Source: an uncultured bacterium (GTDB lineage: Bacteria > Oederibacteriota > Oederibacteriia > Oederibacteriales > Oederibacteriaceae). From it: 64,000 nucleotides of DNA. The notes beneath the pieces were generated by a model. It was not told where the DNA came from. It saw only the letters and a program-made list of their open reading frames with translations, and did no database searches. How positions within the stretch are numbered: the first letter of the stretch is position 1; every line of letters begins with the position of its first letter. The stretch lies in the NCBI GenBank assembly GCA_965112635.1, contig OZ218778.1, forward strand, positions 1,280,001 to 1,344,000, given 5' to 3'. Made by a program: the position numbers and the translations under genes. Positions 46,826-56,321 of the stretch are shown one piece after another.

Positions 46826-47893
46826 ATGCCTCAAAAAACTTCCCCTAAAATTTTGGTGAGCCGGACAGACCACCTGGGAGATGTGTTGTTGGCAACCCCT
46901 GTGGCGACGGTTCTAGCGAGGATTTTTCCTGACGCCAGGATAGATTTTTTGTGCGACCCAGGTTGCGAAGCTGTGCCGCGCCACCATTCCAATGTCAGCG
47001 AGGTCATCACATTCCCCAGCCGAGACAAAGGACTGTCCGTGGAACGGCTCCTGGAGTTGGTTAGAGCGTTGAGGTCGAGGCAGTACGACCTGGCGGTCTT
47101 GGTTTACCCGGACTGGCGGGTGGCTTTGGCTTGCTGGCTGGCCAGGATCCCCCTCCGAGTTGGAACTGGTTTTCGGCTTTACTCTTTTTTATTCAACAAG
47201 AAAGTCTTTTTTCACCGTTCCAGAGGAAAGCGACGCCACGAAATCCTTTATAACCTCGAACTGCTCAAGGCCCTGCGACCAGGGATAACACCTTTGGAAA
47301 AGGAGTTAAGCCCAAGATTCCAGCTATCGAGCCAGGAGGAATCAAGGGTCGAGCAGTGGCTGCGGGTGAAAAGTTTATGGAAAAAAAGATATATTGTCAT
47401 TCATGCCGGCAGTTTTGGCTCCGCTCTGAATTGGGGTCCGGAAAAATATGGAGAAGCGGCGCGGGCCCTGGCGAAAAAGTATGGCGCGAAGGTGGTGCTG
47501 ACCGGAACGGCTGCCGAAAATGAGCTGGCCCGGAAGGTTGCCGGGGTCGCCACGGTTCCCTGTCTTGATTTGACCGGACAGACTGACCTTGTGCTTTTGG
47601 CTGGACTTTTCAGATATAGTTTGCTGGTATTGGGGTGCAGCACCGGCCCTTTGCATTTAGCCGCTGCTGTGGGCGGCTCAGTCATCGGTTTATATTGTCC
47701 CATTTCGGTTTGCGGACCCTGGAGGTGGAGGCCTTGGGGTGAAAAAGTCGAAGTTGTCTTATCCGCGCCGTATATGGACTGCCCTGTTTGCATTAAACAA
47801 AAATGTCCATATTATGATTGCATGAACCTTATCTCCATTTCGCAGGTCTTAGACGCGGGAGAGCGTCTGCTTGGACAAAAGGGGAAGTCTTGA
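46826..47893 (+). CDS. GT9 heptosyltransferase-like
   Basis: RTDHLGDVLL, HAGSFGSALNW and STGPLHLAAA. Confidence 0.88.
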   Translation: MPQKTSPKILVSRTDHLGDVLLATPVATVLARIFPDARIDFLCDPGCEAVPRHHSNVSEVITFPSRDKGLSVERLLELVRALRSRQYDLAVLVYPDWRVALACWLARIPLRVGTGFRLYSFLFNKKVFFHRSRGKRRHEILYNLELLKALRPGITPLEKELSPRFQLSSQEESRVEQWLRVKSLWKKRYIVIHAGSFGSALNWGPEKYGEAARALAKKYGAKVVLTGTAAENELARKVAGVATVPCLDLTGQTDLVLLAGLFRYSLLVLGCSTGPLHLAAAVGGSVIGLYCPISVCGPWRWRPWGEKVEVVLSAPYMDCPVCIKQKCPYYDCMNLISISQVLDAGERLLGQKGKS

Positions 47894-49002
47894 AAAATAC
47901 AGTCGGAAAAATTGTGGTCATGGCCGCGGGGATCACGGCCGCTTTAGTAATGGGATGCGGAGGCCCGGGTCATTTAGTCATCATAAAACCGGCTCCCACA
48001 CCAGAGGTTACTCAACCGGTTAAGGTCATGGTGTTCCCCGAACTGGCCACCTCTCCCTCGCCAACTCCGGTCATAGTGCTAACCCCTGCGGCAGGACCTT
48101 CCGCGATCACCTATGTCGTCAAAAAAGGAGATACTTTAAAGAAAATAGCCAAGCGGTTCACCGGCAGTTCTTACGAAGCCAAGCGCATCGCCCTGGAGAA
48201 TAATATCAAGGATGGCAGCAGCCTGGAGGCAGGCCAGCGTATTATCATCACCACGCGAATGAAAAAGGGCAAACCCCTAGCCCTGCAGACGGCCAGCACT
48301 AATACTTTTACGCCGACCCCGTCCTTTGCTCATATTGAAAACCACGCTTTCGCGGTAGGGGAGAAGTATGTGTTTTCCGTGGAATGGATGGGCGTTTCAG
48401 GCGGGACCGCCACCATGGAAGATAAGGAAATGGTCAGTATCAACGGCAGGCTTTGTCATCATATCGTCTGCCAGGCTTTTTCCTCGCCGTTTTTTTCCAC
48501 TTTTTTTACGGTGAAGGACCAGATTGATTCCTATATGGATGCAGACGGGCTTTTTCCCTGGCGTTATGAAAAACGGTTGAATGAAGGGTCTTTTAAGGCC
48601 GATATCTTTGTGACCTACGACCAGTACGAGCATGTAGCCATTGAAAAGAACAAGACCATCACTTTACCCCCAGAATCCCAGGATGTGGTTTCCTGCTTCT
48701 ACTATTACCGGGCCTTGCCTTTATCCGAAGACAAACCGGTCTATATCAAAACTTATGCTGATGGAAAGAACTGGGAATTGCAGGTGCAATTTATTCGAAG
48801 GGAGACCGTCAAGGTCCCTGCGGGGGAGTTTAAATGTATCGTGGTCAAGCCCCTCCTGAAATTTGCGGGGGTTTTTCAGCAAAAAGGGGACGTGATGATC
48901 TGGCTTACCGATGACGCCCATCACATTCCAGTCCTTGTAAAAAGCAGGATCATCATCGGCTCTATCGATATTGTGCTCAAAGAAGCTTCGGTGGTTGAAT
49001 AA
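47890..49002 (+). CDS. Lipoprotein with LysM and DUF3108-like domains
   Basis: Lipobox VMGC; LysM YVVKKGDTLKKIAKRF..ENNI..LEAGQRI; DUF3108-like FAVGEK..VPAGEF..IWLTDD..IPV; TTGA overlap. Confidence 0.78.
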   Translation: MKNTVGKIVVMAAGITAALVMGCGGPGHLVIIKPAPTPEVTQPVKVMVFPELATSPSPTPVIVLTPAAGPSAITYVVKKGDTLKKIAKRFTGSSYEAKRIALENNIKDGSSLEAGQRIIITTRMKKGKPLALQTASTNTFTPTPSFAHIENHAFAVGEKYVFSVEWMGVSGGTATMEDKEMVSINGRLCHHIVCQAFSSPFFSTFFTVKDQIDSYMDADGLFPWRYEKRLNEGSFKADIFVTYDQYEHVAIEKNKTITLPPESQDVVSCFYYYRALPLSEDKPVYIKTYADGKNWELQVQFIRRETVKVPAGEFKCIVVKPLLKFAGVFQQKGDVMIWLTDDAHHIPVLVKSRIIIGSIDIVLKEASVVE

Positions 49003-49054
49003 GGGATCGGAAAAGATTTTTGGCGCAAGAAAAATTGATTGATGGACCTGCGGG

Positions 49055-50068
49055 ATGACCGACAAAGCACCCCAAAACATTCTACTGATCCAATACGGAT
49101 CCATAGGCGACACGCTGCTCACCACTCCTGTCGTTAAAGCGGTGAAAAAACATTTTCCTCGGAGTTTTGTTGGATATGTCGTAGAACCTTTGAGCGCTCC
49201 GGTCATCCAGCACAATCCTTTTGTTGATCATGTCTTTGTCAAGCCGTGGGATATCCGTCTTCCTATTACCTACTGGGGTAAATATTTGTGGCAGCGACAA
49301 TTCCTTCGGGAGTTGAGGAGCAGGGAGTTCGACCTGATCGTCGACCTGGAAAGCAATTATCGCACTCGTTATCTCTCCCTGCTGGTGAGAGCCAAGGCCA
49401 GGGCCGGTTTTAGGATCAAAGGGAGAAGGGGATGGCTCAATCTCTTTTATCAAACTTTGGTAGAGAGGGATGAAGTGCAGCCTTACCGCCGAGACCAGTA
49501 TCGGGGGTTGGTGCAGAGGCTGGGTATCCCAGCTCCCTATGAAAACCTAGAGTTTTATCCTGACCACCAAGCCGAACCAAAGGTTATGCGTTTTTTCCGA
49601 GACAAGAAACTAGCTGGAAAAAGGAACATCGTTGGGGTCAACAGCGGTGGGCCGCTGGGTTCAGAATGGAAATTCTGGCCCTCTACGAAGTTTGCGGCTC
49701 TTTGTGATCTTTTGCAGGATGCCGGTTGTCCTGTGATCTTAACAGCAGGACCGGGTGAAGCTGATTATGTGAAAAAATGCCAAGGCCGCTGCCGCCAAAA
49801 ACCTTTGATTTTTGAGGCGAGCAGTCTTTCCGAGTATGCCTATTTTATGGACAGGCTGAAGCTTTTTGTCACTATTGATAGCGGCGCCAAACATTTAGCC
49901 CAAGCACGGAAAACCGCGACCCTAACTTTTTTCGGAGGCAGCAATGATGCCAGGCAGTGGCACCCTCCTGGGGTCGCGCTGCACCCCTATCTATACCAAC
50001 AAACGATAGAGGAGATCCCTGTCCGCGACGCTTTTAAAGTTTGTTTGGATCTTTTGGGCAAGTCATAG
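49055..50068 (+). CDS. GT9 heptosyltransferase-like
   Basis: GSIGDTLLTTP, KFWP and IDSGAKHLA. Confidence 0.86.
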   Translation: MTDKAPQNILLIQYGSIGDTLLTTPVVKAVKKHFPRSFVGYVVEPLSAPVIQHNPFVDHVFVKPWDIRLPITYWGKYLWQRQFLRELRSREFDLIVDLESNYRTRYLSLLVRAKARAGFRIKGRRGWLNLFYQTLVERDEVQPYRRDQYRGLVQRLGIPAPYENLEFYPDHQAEPKVMRFFRDKKLAGKRNIVGVNSGGPLGSEWKFWPSTKFAALCDLLQDAGCPVILTAGPGEADYVKKCQGRCRQKPLIFEASSLSEYAYFMDRLKLFVTIDSGAKHLAQARKTATLTFFGGSNDARQWHPPGVALHPYLYQQTIEEIPVRDAFKVCLDLLGKS

Positions 50069-50096
50069 AATCCTTGGAAAATCTCTCCTGCCCAGT

Positions 50097-50125
50097 TTGA
50101 CTTTGTCTGTTTTTGGTGGTAATTT
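50097..50125 (+). promoter_or_regulatory. Putative sigma70 promoter of the rfaE1-rfaE2-kdsB-pyrG-kdsA operon
   Basis: TTGACT-17 nt-TAATTT with extended TG. Confidence 0.5.
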
Positions 50126-50287
50126 CATAATGTTTTTGTTGGGTTCTAAGGATGAGTGGATGATCTCAGGAGACAGCATTCCTCAACAGTTTAAAGTAAT
50201 AAACGTTTTGCCCATACGACAATCCAGCCCTACAAGTCTCTCCAAAAAAGTTAAATAATAGGTGTTTTTTGATACGGGAGGTTTTTT

Positions 50288-51289
50288 ATTTTTATTGCTG
50301 ATAAAAGGTTAAAAAAGCTTATTCAAAATTTCAAAAGGACCAAAATCCTGGTCATTGGCGACCTGATGCTTGATGAATATCTCTGGGGGTCAGTTTCCAG
50401 GATCTCTCCCGAAGCCCCCATTCCCATCGTTAAGCTCAACAGCGAAGATTACCGGCCCGGAGGCGCCTCCAATGTAGCGAGCAATATCGTGGCCCTAGGC
50501 GGAGAGGCCTTTTTGGCCGGTGTCATAGGCAGGGATGCGGCCGGTGAAAAACTACTTTCCGACTTACGGGCCAAAGGGATCCATACCCAAGGGGTGCTGG
50601 AAGAAGAATACCCTACGATAGTCAAAACCAGGGTTATCGCACAGCACCAGCAGATGCTCCGTATCGACCGGGAAAGACCGACGGTCATGCCTCAGGGTGT
50701 TGGGGGCAAGATCGTGGCTGTTCTGGAGACCATGGCAGCCAATATCCAAGGGGTTGTACTCTCCGATTACGGGAAGGGGATGCTCACGGCAGGGCTTGTC
50801 AGCGCGATCATGAGAATAGCTCACAGGCACGGGATTTTCGTGGCTGCGGACCCCAAACCCTCCAACTTTCCTTTTTTTAAAAAGGTAGACCTTGTTTCGC
50901 CCAACCAGATGGAAGCCGAACTGGCGACTGGTGTCAAGATCGTCGATCAGGAGAGCCTGGTCAGGGCGGGACGCAGGATCCTGAGCAAATTCCACTGTCG
51001 CGCGGCTTTGATCACGCGCGGAGACGCAGGGATGTTCTTGTATGAGGGGAAAAGCCCGGGCATGGCTTTCCCGGCCCTGGCCAAAGAGGTCTATGACGTG
51101 ACCGGTGCCGGTGACACGGTCATCGCCGTGCTGACGTTGGCCAAAGCGGCTGGGGCGAGTTTGAAAGAGGCCGTATTGATTTCCAATTACGCGGCGGGCA
51201 TTGTAGTCGGAGAGATCGGCGCGGCTACCGTCAAAGCGGAGCAGCTGGAAGAGGTCATTCGGCAGGCGATGCGGCGAGGAAAGAGATAG
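50288..51289 (+). CDS. rfaE1: D-glycero-beta-D-manno-heptose-7-phosphate kinase (HldE domain I), probable ATT start
   Basis: ILVIGDLMLDEY..RISPEAPIP, GGASNVA, SDYGKG and VYDVTGAGDT. The conserved N-terminus extends upstream of ATG 50366; GGGAGGT SD precedes ATT 50288. Confidence 0.9.
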   Translation: MFIADKRLKKLIQNFKRTKILVIGDLMLDEYLWGSVSRISPEAPIPIVKLNSEDYRPGGASNVASNIVALGGEAFLAGVIGRDAAGEKLLSDLRAKGIHTQGVLEEEYPTIVKTRVIAQHQQMLRIDRERPTVMPQGVGGKIVAVLETMAANIQGVVLSDYGKGMLTAGLVSAIMRIAHRHGIFVAADPKPSNFPFFKKVDLVSPNQMEAELATGVKIVDQESLVRAGRRILSKFHCRAALITRGDAGMFLYEGKSPGMAFPALAKEVYDVTGAGDTVIAVLTLAKAAGASLKEAVLISNYAAGIVVGEIGAATVKAEQLEEVIRQAMRRGKR

Positions 51290-51778
51290 ATGTCCTTAAA
51301 TGCCGCAGACAAGATCAAGGGCCTGGCGAGCCTAAAAAAAATAGTCCAGACCGCGCAAAAAAAGAAAAAAACCATCGTCTTCACCAATGGCTGTTTTGAC
51401 ATCATCCATCTTGGCCATGTGCGTTACTTGGAAAAAGCAAAACAGCAGGGTGATCTGCTAGTCGTAGGCGTCAACGCGGATTCGTCCATCAGGAAACTAA
51501 AAGGCCCCGGCCGACCTTTGATGCCCGAAAGGGACCGCGCTGAAATTTTAGCGGCTTTGGCTTGCGTAGATTGGGTCGTCCTCTTTAAAGAGGATACTCC
51601 GCATCGGCTGCTCCGTGCTCTCAAGCCGGACATTCTCGTCAAAGGCGGGGATTATGCCACTATCAAGAAGATCGTTGGCTACGAGGTTGTCCTGGGTTAT
51701 GGCGGTAAGGTGAAACCTCTAACCTTTTTAAAAGGTAGGAATAGTTCGGCGTTGATTGAGAAGGTCAAGCGTTTGTAA
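51290..51778 (+). CDS. rfaE2: D-glycero-beta-D-manno-heptose 1-phosphate adenylyltransferase (HldE domain II)
   Basis: FTNGCFDIIHLGHVRYL, LKGPGRP and PDILVKGGDY. Confidence 0.95.
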   Translation: MSLNAADKIKGLASLKKIVQTAQKKKKTIVFTNGCFDIIHLGHVRYLEKAKQQGDLLVVGVNADSSIRKLKGPGRPLMPERDRAEILAALACVDWVVLFKEDTPHRLLRALKPDILVKGGDYATIKKIVGYEVVLGYGGKVKPLTFLKGRNSSALIEKVKRL

Positions 51779-51797
51779 TTTTTGCGGGGAGTATAAC

Positions 51798-52529
51798 GTG
51801 AAAGTTCTCGGGGTCATCCCTTCCAGATATGGAGCGGTACGTTTTCCCGGCAAGCCGTTAATAGACCTTAACGGGAAGACCATGATCCAAAGGGTCTGGG
51901 AGCAGGCCAAGGGATCTAAAAGCCTGAGCGAAGTCGTGGTGGCGACCGATGACCAAAGGATCATGGAGGTGGTCCGAGGTTTTGGCGGTCAAGGAGTGTT
52001 GACCGATCCCAAGCTTGCGAGCGGGACAGACCGTGTGGCCCAGGCTGCTGCGGGTTTTAGCTGTGAACTCGTCGTCAATATCCAGGGTGACGAGCCGCTG
52101 CTCCCCTCAGCCATGATCGATGAAGTAGTGAGACCATTTACGACGGACCCTGGTTTAGTGATGGGGAGTCTGCGGACCAAGCTCATTAAAAAGGACGATT
52201 ACGCCTTGCCGCAAGTGGTCAAGGTCGTTGTCGATAAGAATGATTTTGCCCTTTATTTTTCAAGGTCTTTGGTTCCCTATCCACGGGCAGGAGAGCCCCT
52301 TGTTTATAAGCATGTAGGACTGTATGCTTATCGGAGTGAGTTCTTGAAAAGCTTCGCCAAACTCAGCCCGAGTCCATTGGAAAAAGCCGAAGGTTTGGAA
52401 CAATTGCGGGTTTTGGAAAACGGGTTCCGTATTAAGGTTCCTGAAACCCAATGGGATTCGTTCGGGGTGGACACCCCCGAGGATGCAGAAAAGGTCAGGA
52501 GTATTTTAAAACAAACAAAACAATCGTAA
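51798..52529 (+). CDS. kdsB: 3-deoxy-manno-octulosonate cytidylyltransferase
   Basis: IPSRY..RFPGKPL, VATDD, SGTDR, NIQGDEP, ALYFSR and EGLEQLR; GTG 51798. Confidence 0.96.
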   Translation: MKVLGVIPSRYGAVRFPGKPLIDLNGKTMIQRVWEQAKGSKSLSEVVVATDDQRIMEVVRGFGGQGVLTDPKLASGTDRVAQAAAGFSCELVVNIQGDEPLLPSAMIDEVVRPFTTDPGLVMGSLRTKLIKKDDYALPQVVKVVVDKNDFALYFSRSLVPYPRAGEPLVYKHVGLYAYRSEFLKSFAKLSPSPLEKAEGLEQLRVLENGFRIKVPETQWDSFGVDTPEDAEKVRSILKQTKQS

Positions 52530-52563
52530 TCAAAGCAAGATTTGTTGCGGACGAGGTGAGATT

Positions 52564-54240
52564 ATGAGTGAGCAGAAACCAAAGAAATTCATCTTTATCA
52601 CTGGTGGTGTGATGTCGTCCATCGGCAAAGGAATCGCCGGAGCTTCTATCGGCTGTCTTTTAGAAAGCCGCGGGTTAAAAATCACCCAGCAGAAATTGGA
52701 CCCCTATATCAATGTCGACCCTGGGACCATGAGCCCCTACCAGCACGGAGAGGTCTATGTGACCGATGATGGCGCTGAAACCGATCTAGACCTTGGGCAT
52801 TACGAACGGTTCACGCACAGCCATCTGACCAAAAACAGCAATGCCACGACCGGAAAAATCTATTATTCGGTCATCCAGCGTGAGCGGCGGGGCGACTATC
52901 TGGGAAGCACTGTCCAGGTGATCCCCCATATCACGGACGAAATCAAATCCAAGATCAAGGCTGTTGCTGACGAGAGCGATTCTGATGTAGTGATCGTGGA
53001 GATCGGAGGCACGGTCGGCGATATCGAAAGCTTGCCATTCCTAGAGGCAATCAGGCAGTTCCCCACGGATGCCGGCAAAGGGAATGTTTTATTTGTGCAC
53101 CTCACCCTTGTTCCCGCGATGAGTATTTCCGGAGAACTGAAAACAAAACCCACGCAACACAGCGTCAGCGAACTCAGGAAAGTCGGGATCCAGCCGGATA
53201 TTTTGCTCTGCCGTTCGATCAATGAATTAAACCAGGAAGTCAAAAGCAAGATCGCCTTGTTCTGTAATGTGTCCAAAGAAGCTGTCATTTCCGCCAAAGA
53301 CACCAGCCCTATTTACAACATCCCCTTGCTGTTCAAAAAGGAAGGCCTGGATGACATTATCGTGCGAATGCTGAATCTCAAAACGCCAGCGGCGGACTTG
53401 CGTAGCTGGGAGGCGATGGTAGAAAAGATCAGGCACCCAAAGCATGAGGTTACGATCGCCGTGGTCGGCAAATATGTCCAGTTGAGGCACGCTTACGAAA
53501 GCATCATCGAGTCCTTTACCCATGCTGGGGTCGCCAACGATTCTTTTGTCAAGCTCCACTGGGTAGACGCTGAAAATATCGAAAAAGAAGGGGCGGAAAA
53601 GTACTTGTCCGTGGCCAGCGGAATCCTGGTTCCGGGTGGATTTGGGCACCGTGGCATCGAGGGAAAGGTCATGGCCATCCGGTACGCCAGAGAAAATAAG
53701 ATTCCCTTCTTCGGGATTTGCCTGGGAATGCAATGTGCGGTGATTGAATTTGCCAGGAACGTCTTGAATTTAAACAAAGCTAATAGCAGCGAGTTCAACC
53801 CGGAGACGCCAAACCCGGTCATTCATCTTTTGCCTTCTCAGGAAGGGGTTACGGACATGGGAGGCACCATGAGGCTGGGGGCCTATCCCTGTCATATTGC
53901 CAAGGGAAGCAGAGCCTATGAAGTTTATCAGGCGGAGAATGTTTCGGAGCGACACCGTCACCGCTATGAATTCAATATGGATTACCGGGATCAGTTCGTT
54001 TCTCAAGGTATGAATCTAAGCGGTTTATCCCCGGACCAAAGACTGGTGGAGATCGTGGAGATCCCGGACCATCCCTGGTTCGTGGCCTGCCAATTCCATC
54101 CTGAATTTAAATCCAGGCCCTTAAAAGCCCATCCACTTTTCCGGGGGCTGGTAAAGCACGCATTAGACTACGCCGCCTCCAAAGCCAATATGAAAACCCC
54201 GGCCAAAGACATGTCCCTGAGCAAGGAAGAAGTCCGTTGA
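52564..54240 (+). CDS. pyrG: CTP synthase
   Basis: [39 protein letters not shown] and QFHPEF. Confidence 0.98.
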   Translation: MSEQKPKKFIFITGGVMSSIGKGIAGASIGCLLESRGLKITQQKLDPYINVDPGTMSPYQHGEVYVTDDGAETDLDLGHYERFTHSHLTKNSNATTGKIYYSVIQRERRGDYLGSTVQVIPHITDEIKSKIKAVADESDSDVVIVEIGGTVGDIESLPFLEAIRQFPTDAGKGNVLFVHLTLVPAMSISGELKTKPTQHSVSELRKVGIQPDILLCRSINELNQEVKSKIALFCNVSKEAVISAKDTSPIYNIPLLFKKEGLDDIIVRMLNLKTPAADLRSWEAMVEKIRHPKHEVTIAVVGKYVQLRHAYESIIESFTHAGVANDSFVKLHWVDAENIEKEGAEKYLSVASGILVPGGFGHRGIEGKVMAIRYARENKIPFFGICLGMQCAVIEFARNVLNLNKANSSEFNPETPNPVIHLLPSQEGVTDMGGTMRLGAYPCHIAKGSRAYEVYQAENVSERHRHRYEFNMDYRDQFVSQGMNLSGLSPDQRLVEIVEIPDHPWFVACQFHPEFKSRPLKAHPLFRGLVKHALDYAASKANMKTPAKDMSLSKEEVR

Positions 54241-54242
54241 CC

Positions 54243-55484
54243 ATGGAGAAAATCATGCAGGTAGGGTCAATCAAAATAGGGAGGGGTTTGCCGTTTGTTT
54301 TTATAGCCGGCCCGTGCGTCATCGAGAGCGAAAAGCTTTGCATGCAAACCGCCGAGTTCTTGAGCAAACTGACGCGGGAGCTGGATATCCCTTTTGTGTT
54401 TAAATCCTCTTATGATAAAGCCAACCGATCATCTATAAAGAGTTTCCGCGGACCAGGATACCAGGAAGGCCTGAAAATATTAGAGAAAGTCAGGAAAGCA
54501 TTCAAGGTTCCCGTGCTCACTGATATCCATAGCGTGATGGAAGCAGAGGCCGCGGCCCGCAGCGTGGATTGCCTGCAGATCCCAGCATTTCTAAGCAGAC
54601 AAACGGACCTGATCGTGGCAGCGGCGAGGACTGGCCTGCCGGTCAACATCAAGAAGGCCCAATTCATGAGCCCGTGGGACATGAAAAATGTCGTGGATAA
54701 ATTTCTTTCCACTGGAAACGATAAAGTCCTCCTGACAGAACGGGGCACGTGCTTTGGCTATAATAATCTGGTGGTGGATTTCAGGTCTATCGTTGTCATG
54801 AAAAGATTTGGATACCCGGTCATTTTTGACGCGAGCCATAGCGTGCAGCTTCCCGGCGGAGCAGGGGACTCCTCAAGCGGAGACAGGCAATTTATCTTCC
54901 CCCTCGCTAAAGCAGCCGTTTCGCTGGGGGTCGATGGTTTGTTTATGGAAGTGCATCCTGACCCTGACAAGGCCCTTTCCGATGGACCTAACATGCTGGC
55001 ACTCTCGGAATTAAAGGATGTACTGGCCCATTTAAAGGCCATTGACCAGGCCGTGAAAGGTCATCTAGAGAACCAGGGGAGTAAAAAAAAACTAAAGATC
55101 TTCATTGATGGGGGTTCGCGGGGCAATCCCGGCAAGGCGGCCATCGGAGTCTATGTCACTAGCGAAGATGGCCAAGTCCTGGCAGCAGTCGGCCAGACTA
55201 TCGGGGTGACGACCAACAATGTCGCCGAATATAAAGCGCTCCTCTGCGCTCTACAAAAGGCTGAGACCCTAGGCGGTCACCATCTGGCCATTTTTTCGGA
55301 CAGTGAGTTGCTGGTCAAACAGTGCTCGGGAGAATATAAGGTCAAAGATGCCCGATTGAAGGGGTTGTCCACGGAAGTAAAAGAAATGAGGGCGAGGTTT
55401 AGCGAGGTTGTCCTCAAGCATATTCCCAGAGAGAAGAACGAAGTGGCCGATGAGCTGGTGAACAAAGCTCTAGACAAGGGATAA
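54243..55484 (+). CDS. kdsA: Fusion: KDO8P synthase KdsA + RNase HI-like domain
   Basis: AGPCVIE, DKANRSS, QIPAFLSRQTDL, ERGTCFGYNNLVVD and EVHPDPDKALSDG; then in frame DGGSRGNPG..TNNVAEY..SDSELLV..HIPREKN..AD. Confidence 0.9.
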   Translation: MEKIMQVGSIKIGRGLPFVFIAGPCVIESEKLCMQTAEFLSKLTRELDIPFVFKSSYDKANRSSIKSFRGPGYQEGLKILEKVRKAFKVPVLTDIHSVMEAEAAARSVDCLQIPAFLSRQTDLIVAAARTGLPVNIKKAQFMSPWDMKNVVDKFLSTGNDKVLLTERGTCFGYNNLVVDFRSIVVMKRFGYPVIFDASHSVQLPGGAGDSSSGDRQFIFPLAKAAVSLGVDGLFMEVHPDPDKALSDGPNMLALSELKDVLAHLKAIDQAVKGHLENQGSKKKLKIFIDGGSRGNPGKAAIGVYVTSEDGQVLAAVGQTIGVTTNNVAEYKALLCALQKAETLGGHHLAIFSDSELLVKQCSGEYKVKDARLKGLSTEVKEMRARFSEVVLKHIPREKNEVADELVNKALDKG

Positions 55485-55515
55485 TCCCCCACAAAGATTA
55501 TAAAGGAGGTTAATT

Positions 55516-55845
55516 GTGCAAGTTCTTGTTGGAGTTTTTGTGTTATTCGCCTTAGGGGCTCTTTATGGCATGTTCCGTTACGGAGGGTGGAATTTTTCCA
55601 TCCATTCGGCTAATGTCGTTTTTATTTATATCTTTCTGCTTTGTTCCGTGACAGCCTTGTGGTCTTGGATCGCCTGGAAAGATATGGAGCAAGAAGAAGA
55701 TGGGAAAGGAACAGGTTCCACCTGGTTGTCCCAAGGGAAACAGGTAGTTCGGAGGATGAGCAGTGTTGCCGCCAAGAAAAGGCAGGCGCAAAGACCCCAA
55801 AAAGGTAGTAAATCTAAGGGTAATATAAGAAGAAAACGCTCGTAA
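55516..55845 (+). CDS. Small hypothetical membrane protein (2 TM, basic tail)
   Basis: Strong AAAGGAGGT SD before GTG; two hydrophobic segments. Confidence 0.6.
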   Translation: MQVLVGVFVLFALGALYGMFRYGGWNFSIHSANVVFIYIFLLCSVTALWSWIAWKDMEQEEDGKGTGSTWLSQGKQVVRRMSSVAAKKRQAQRPQKGSKSKGNIRRKRS

Positions 55846-55926
55846 ATTCATTTATAATTAGCCATTAAATTGATCCATGTTTGGGAGGAAATGGTCCGGA
55901 AAATAAAATTAAGGTTTGTGGATCCG

Positions 55927-56292
55927 ACCTAAAGTAGGTCAGATAACCGCTGCTGAGAAATCAGGAGAGGAAAGTCCGAACTCATTGGGCAGGGTGCCTC
56001 GTAACGCGAGGTCTTGGCGACAAGAAGGAAAGTGCCACAGAAAATATACCGCCTCTTTCGGGAGGTAAGGGTGAAAAGGTGAGGTAAGAGCTCACCGCTT
56101 AGATGGCAACATCAAGGCAGGGCAAACCCCACTTTGAGCAAGACCAAATAGGAGGAAAATAAGGAGCCCACCTTTTCCTCGGGTTGGTCGCTTGAGGTTC
56201 CGTGCGAACGGAATCCTAGAGAAATGGTTATCCTCTGGTTGTGACGAAAGTTAAAGCCAGGGACAGAATTCGGCTTATGACCTACTTTAGGT
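55927..56292 (+). ncRNA. rnpB: RNase P RNA (bacterial type A)
   Basis: GAGGAAAGTCCGAACTC, GGAAAGTGCCACAGAAA, AGGGTGAAAAGG, GGCAAACCCC..GAGCAAGACCAAATA and ACAGAATTCGGCTTA; 15-bp P1 helix ACCTAAAGTAGGTCA/TGACCTACTTTAGGT. Confidence 0.96.
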
Positions 56293-56321
56293 TTTTTATT
56301 TTGCAAAGAGAAGGAGAGAGC

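Noticed and set aside
50160-50258. 32-codon uORF in the rfaE1 leader
   Set aside because: Weak SD and no informative composition; cannot be distinguished from chance.
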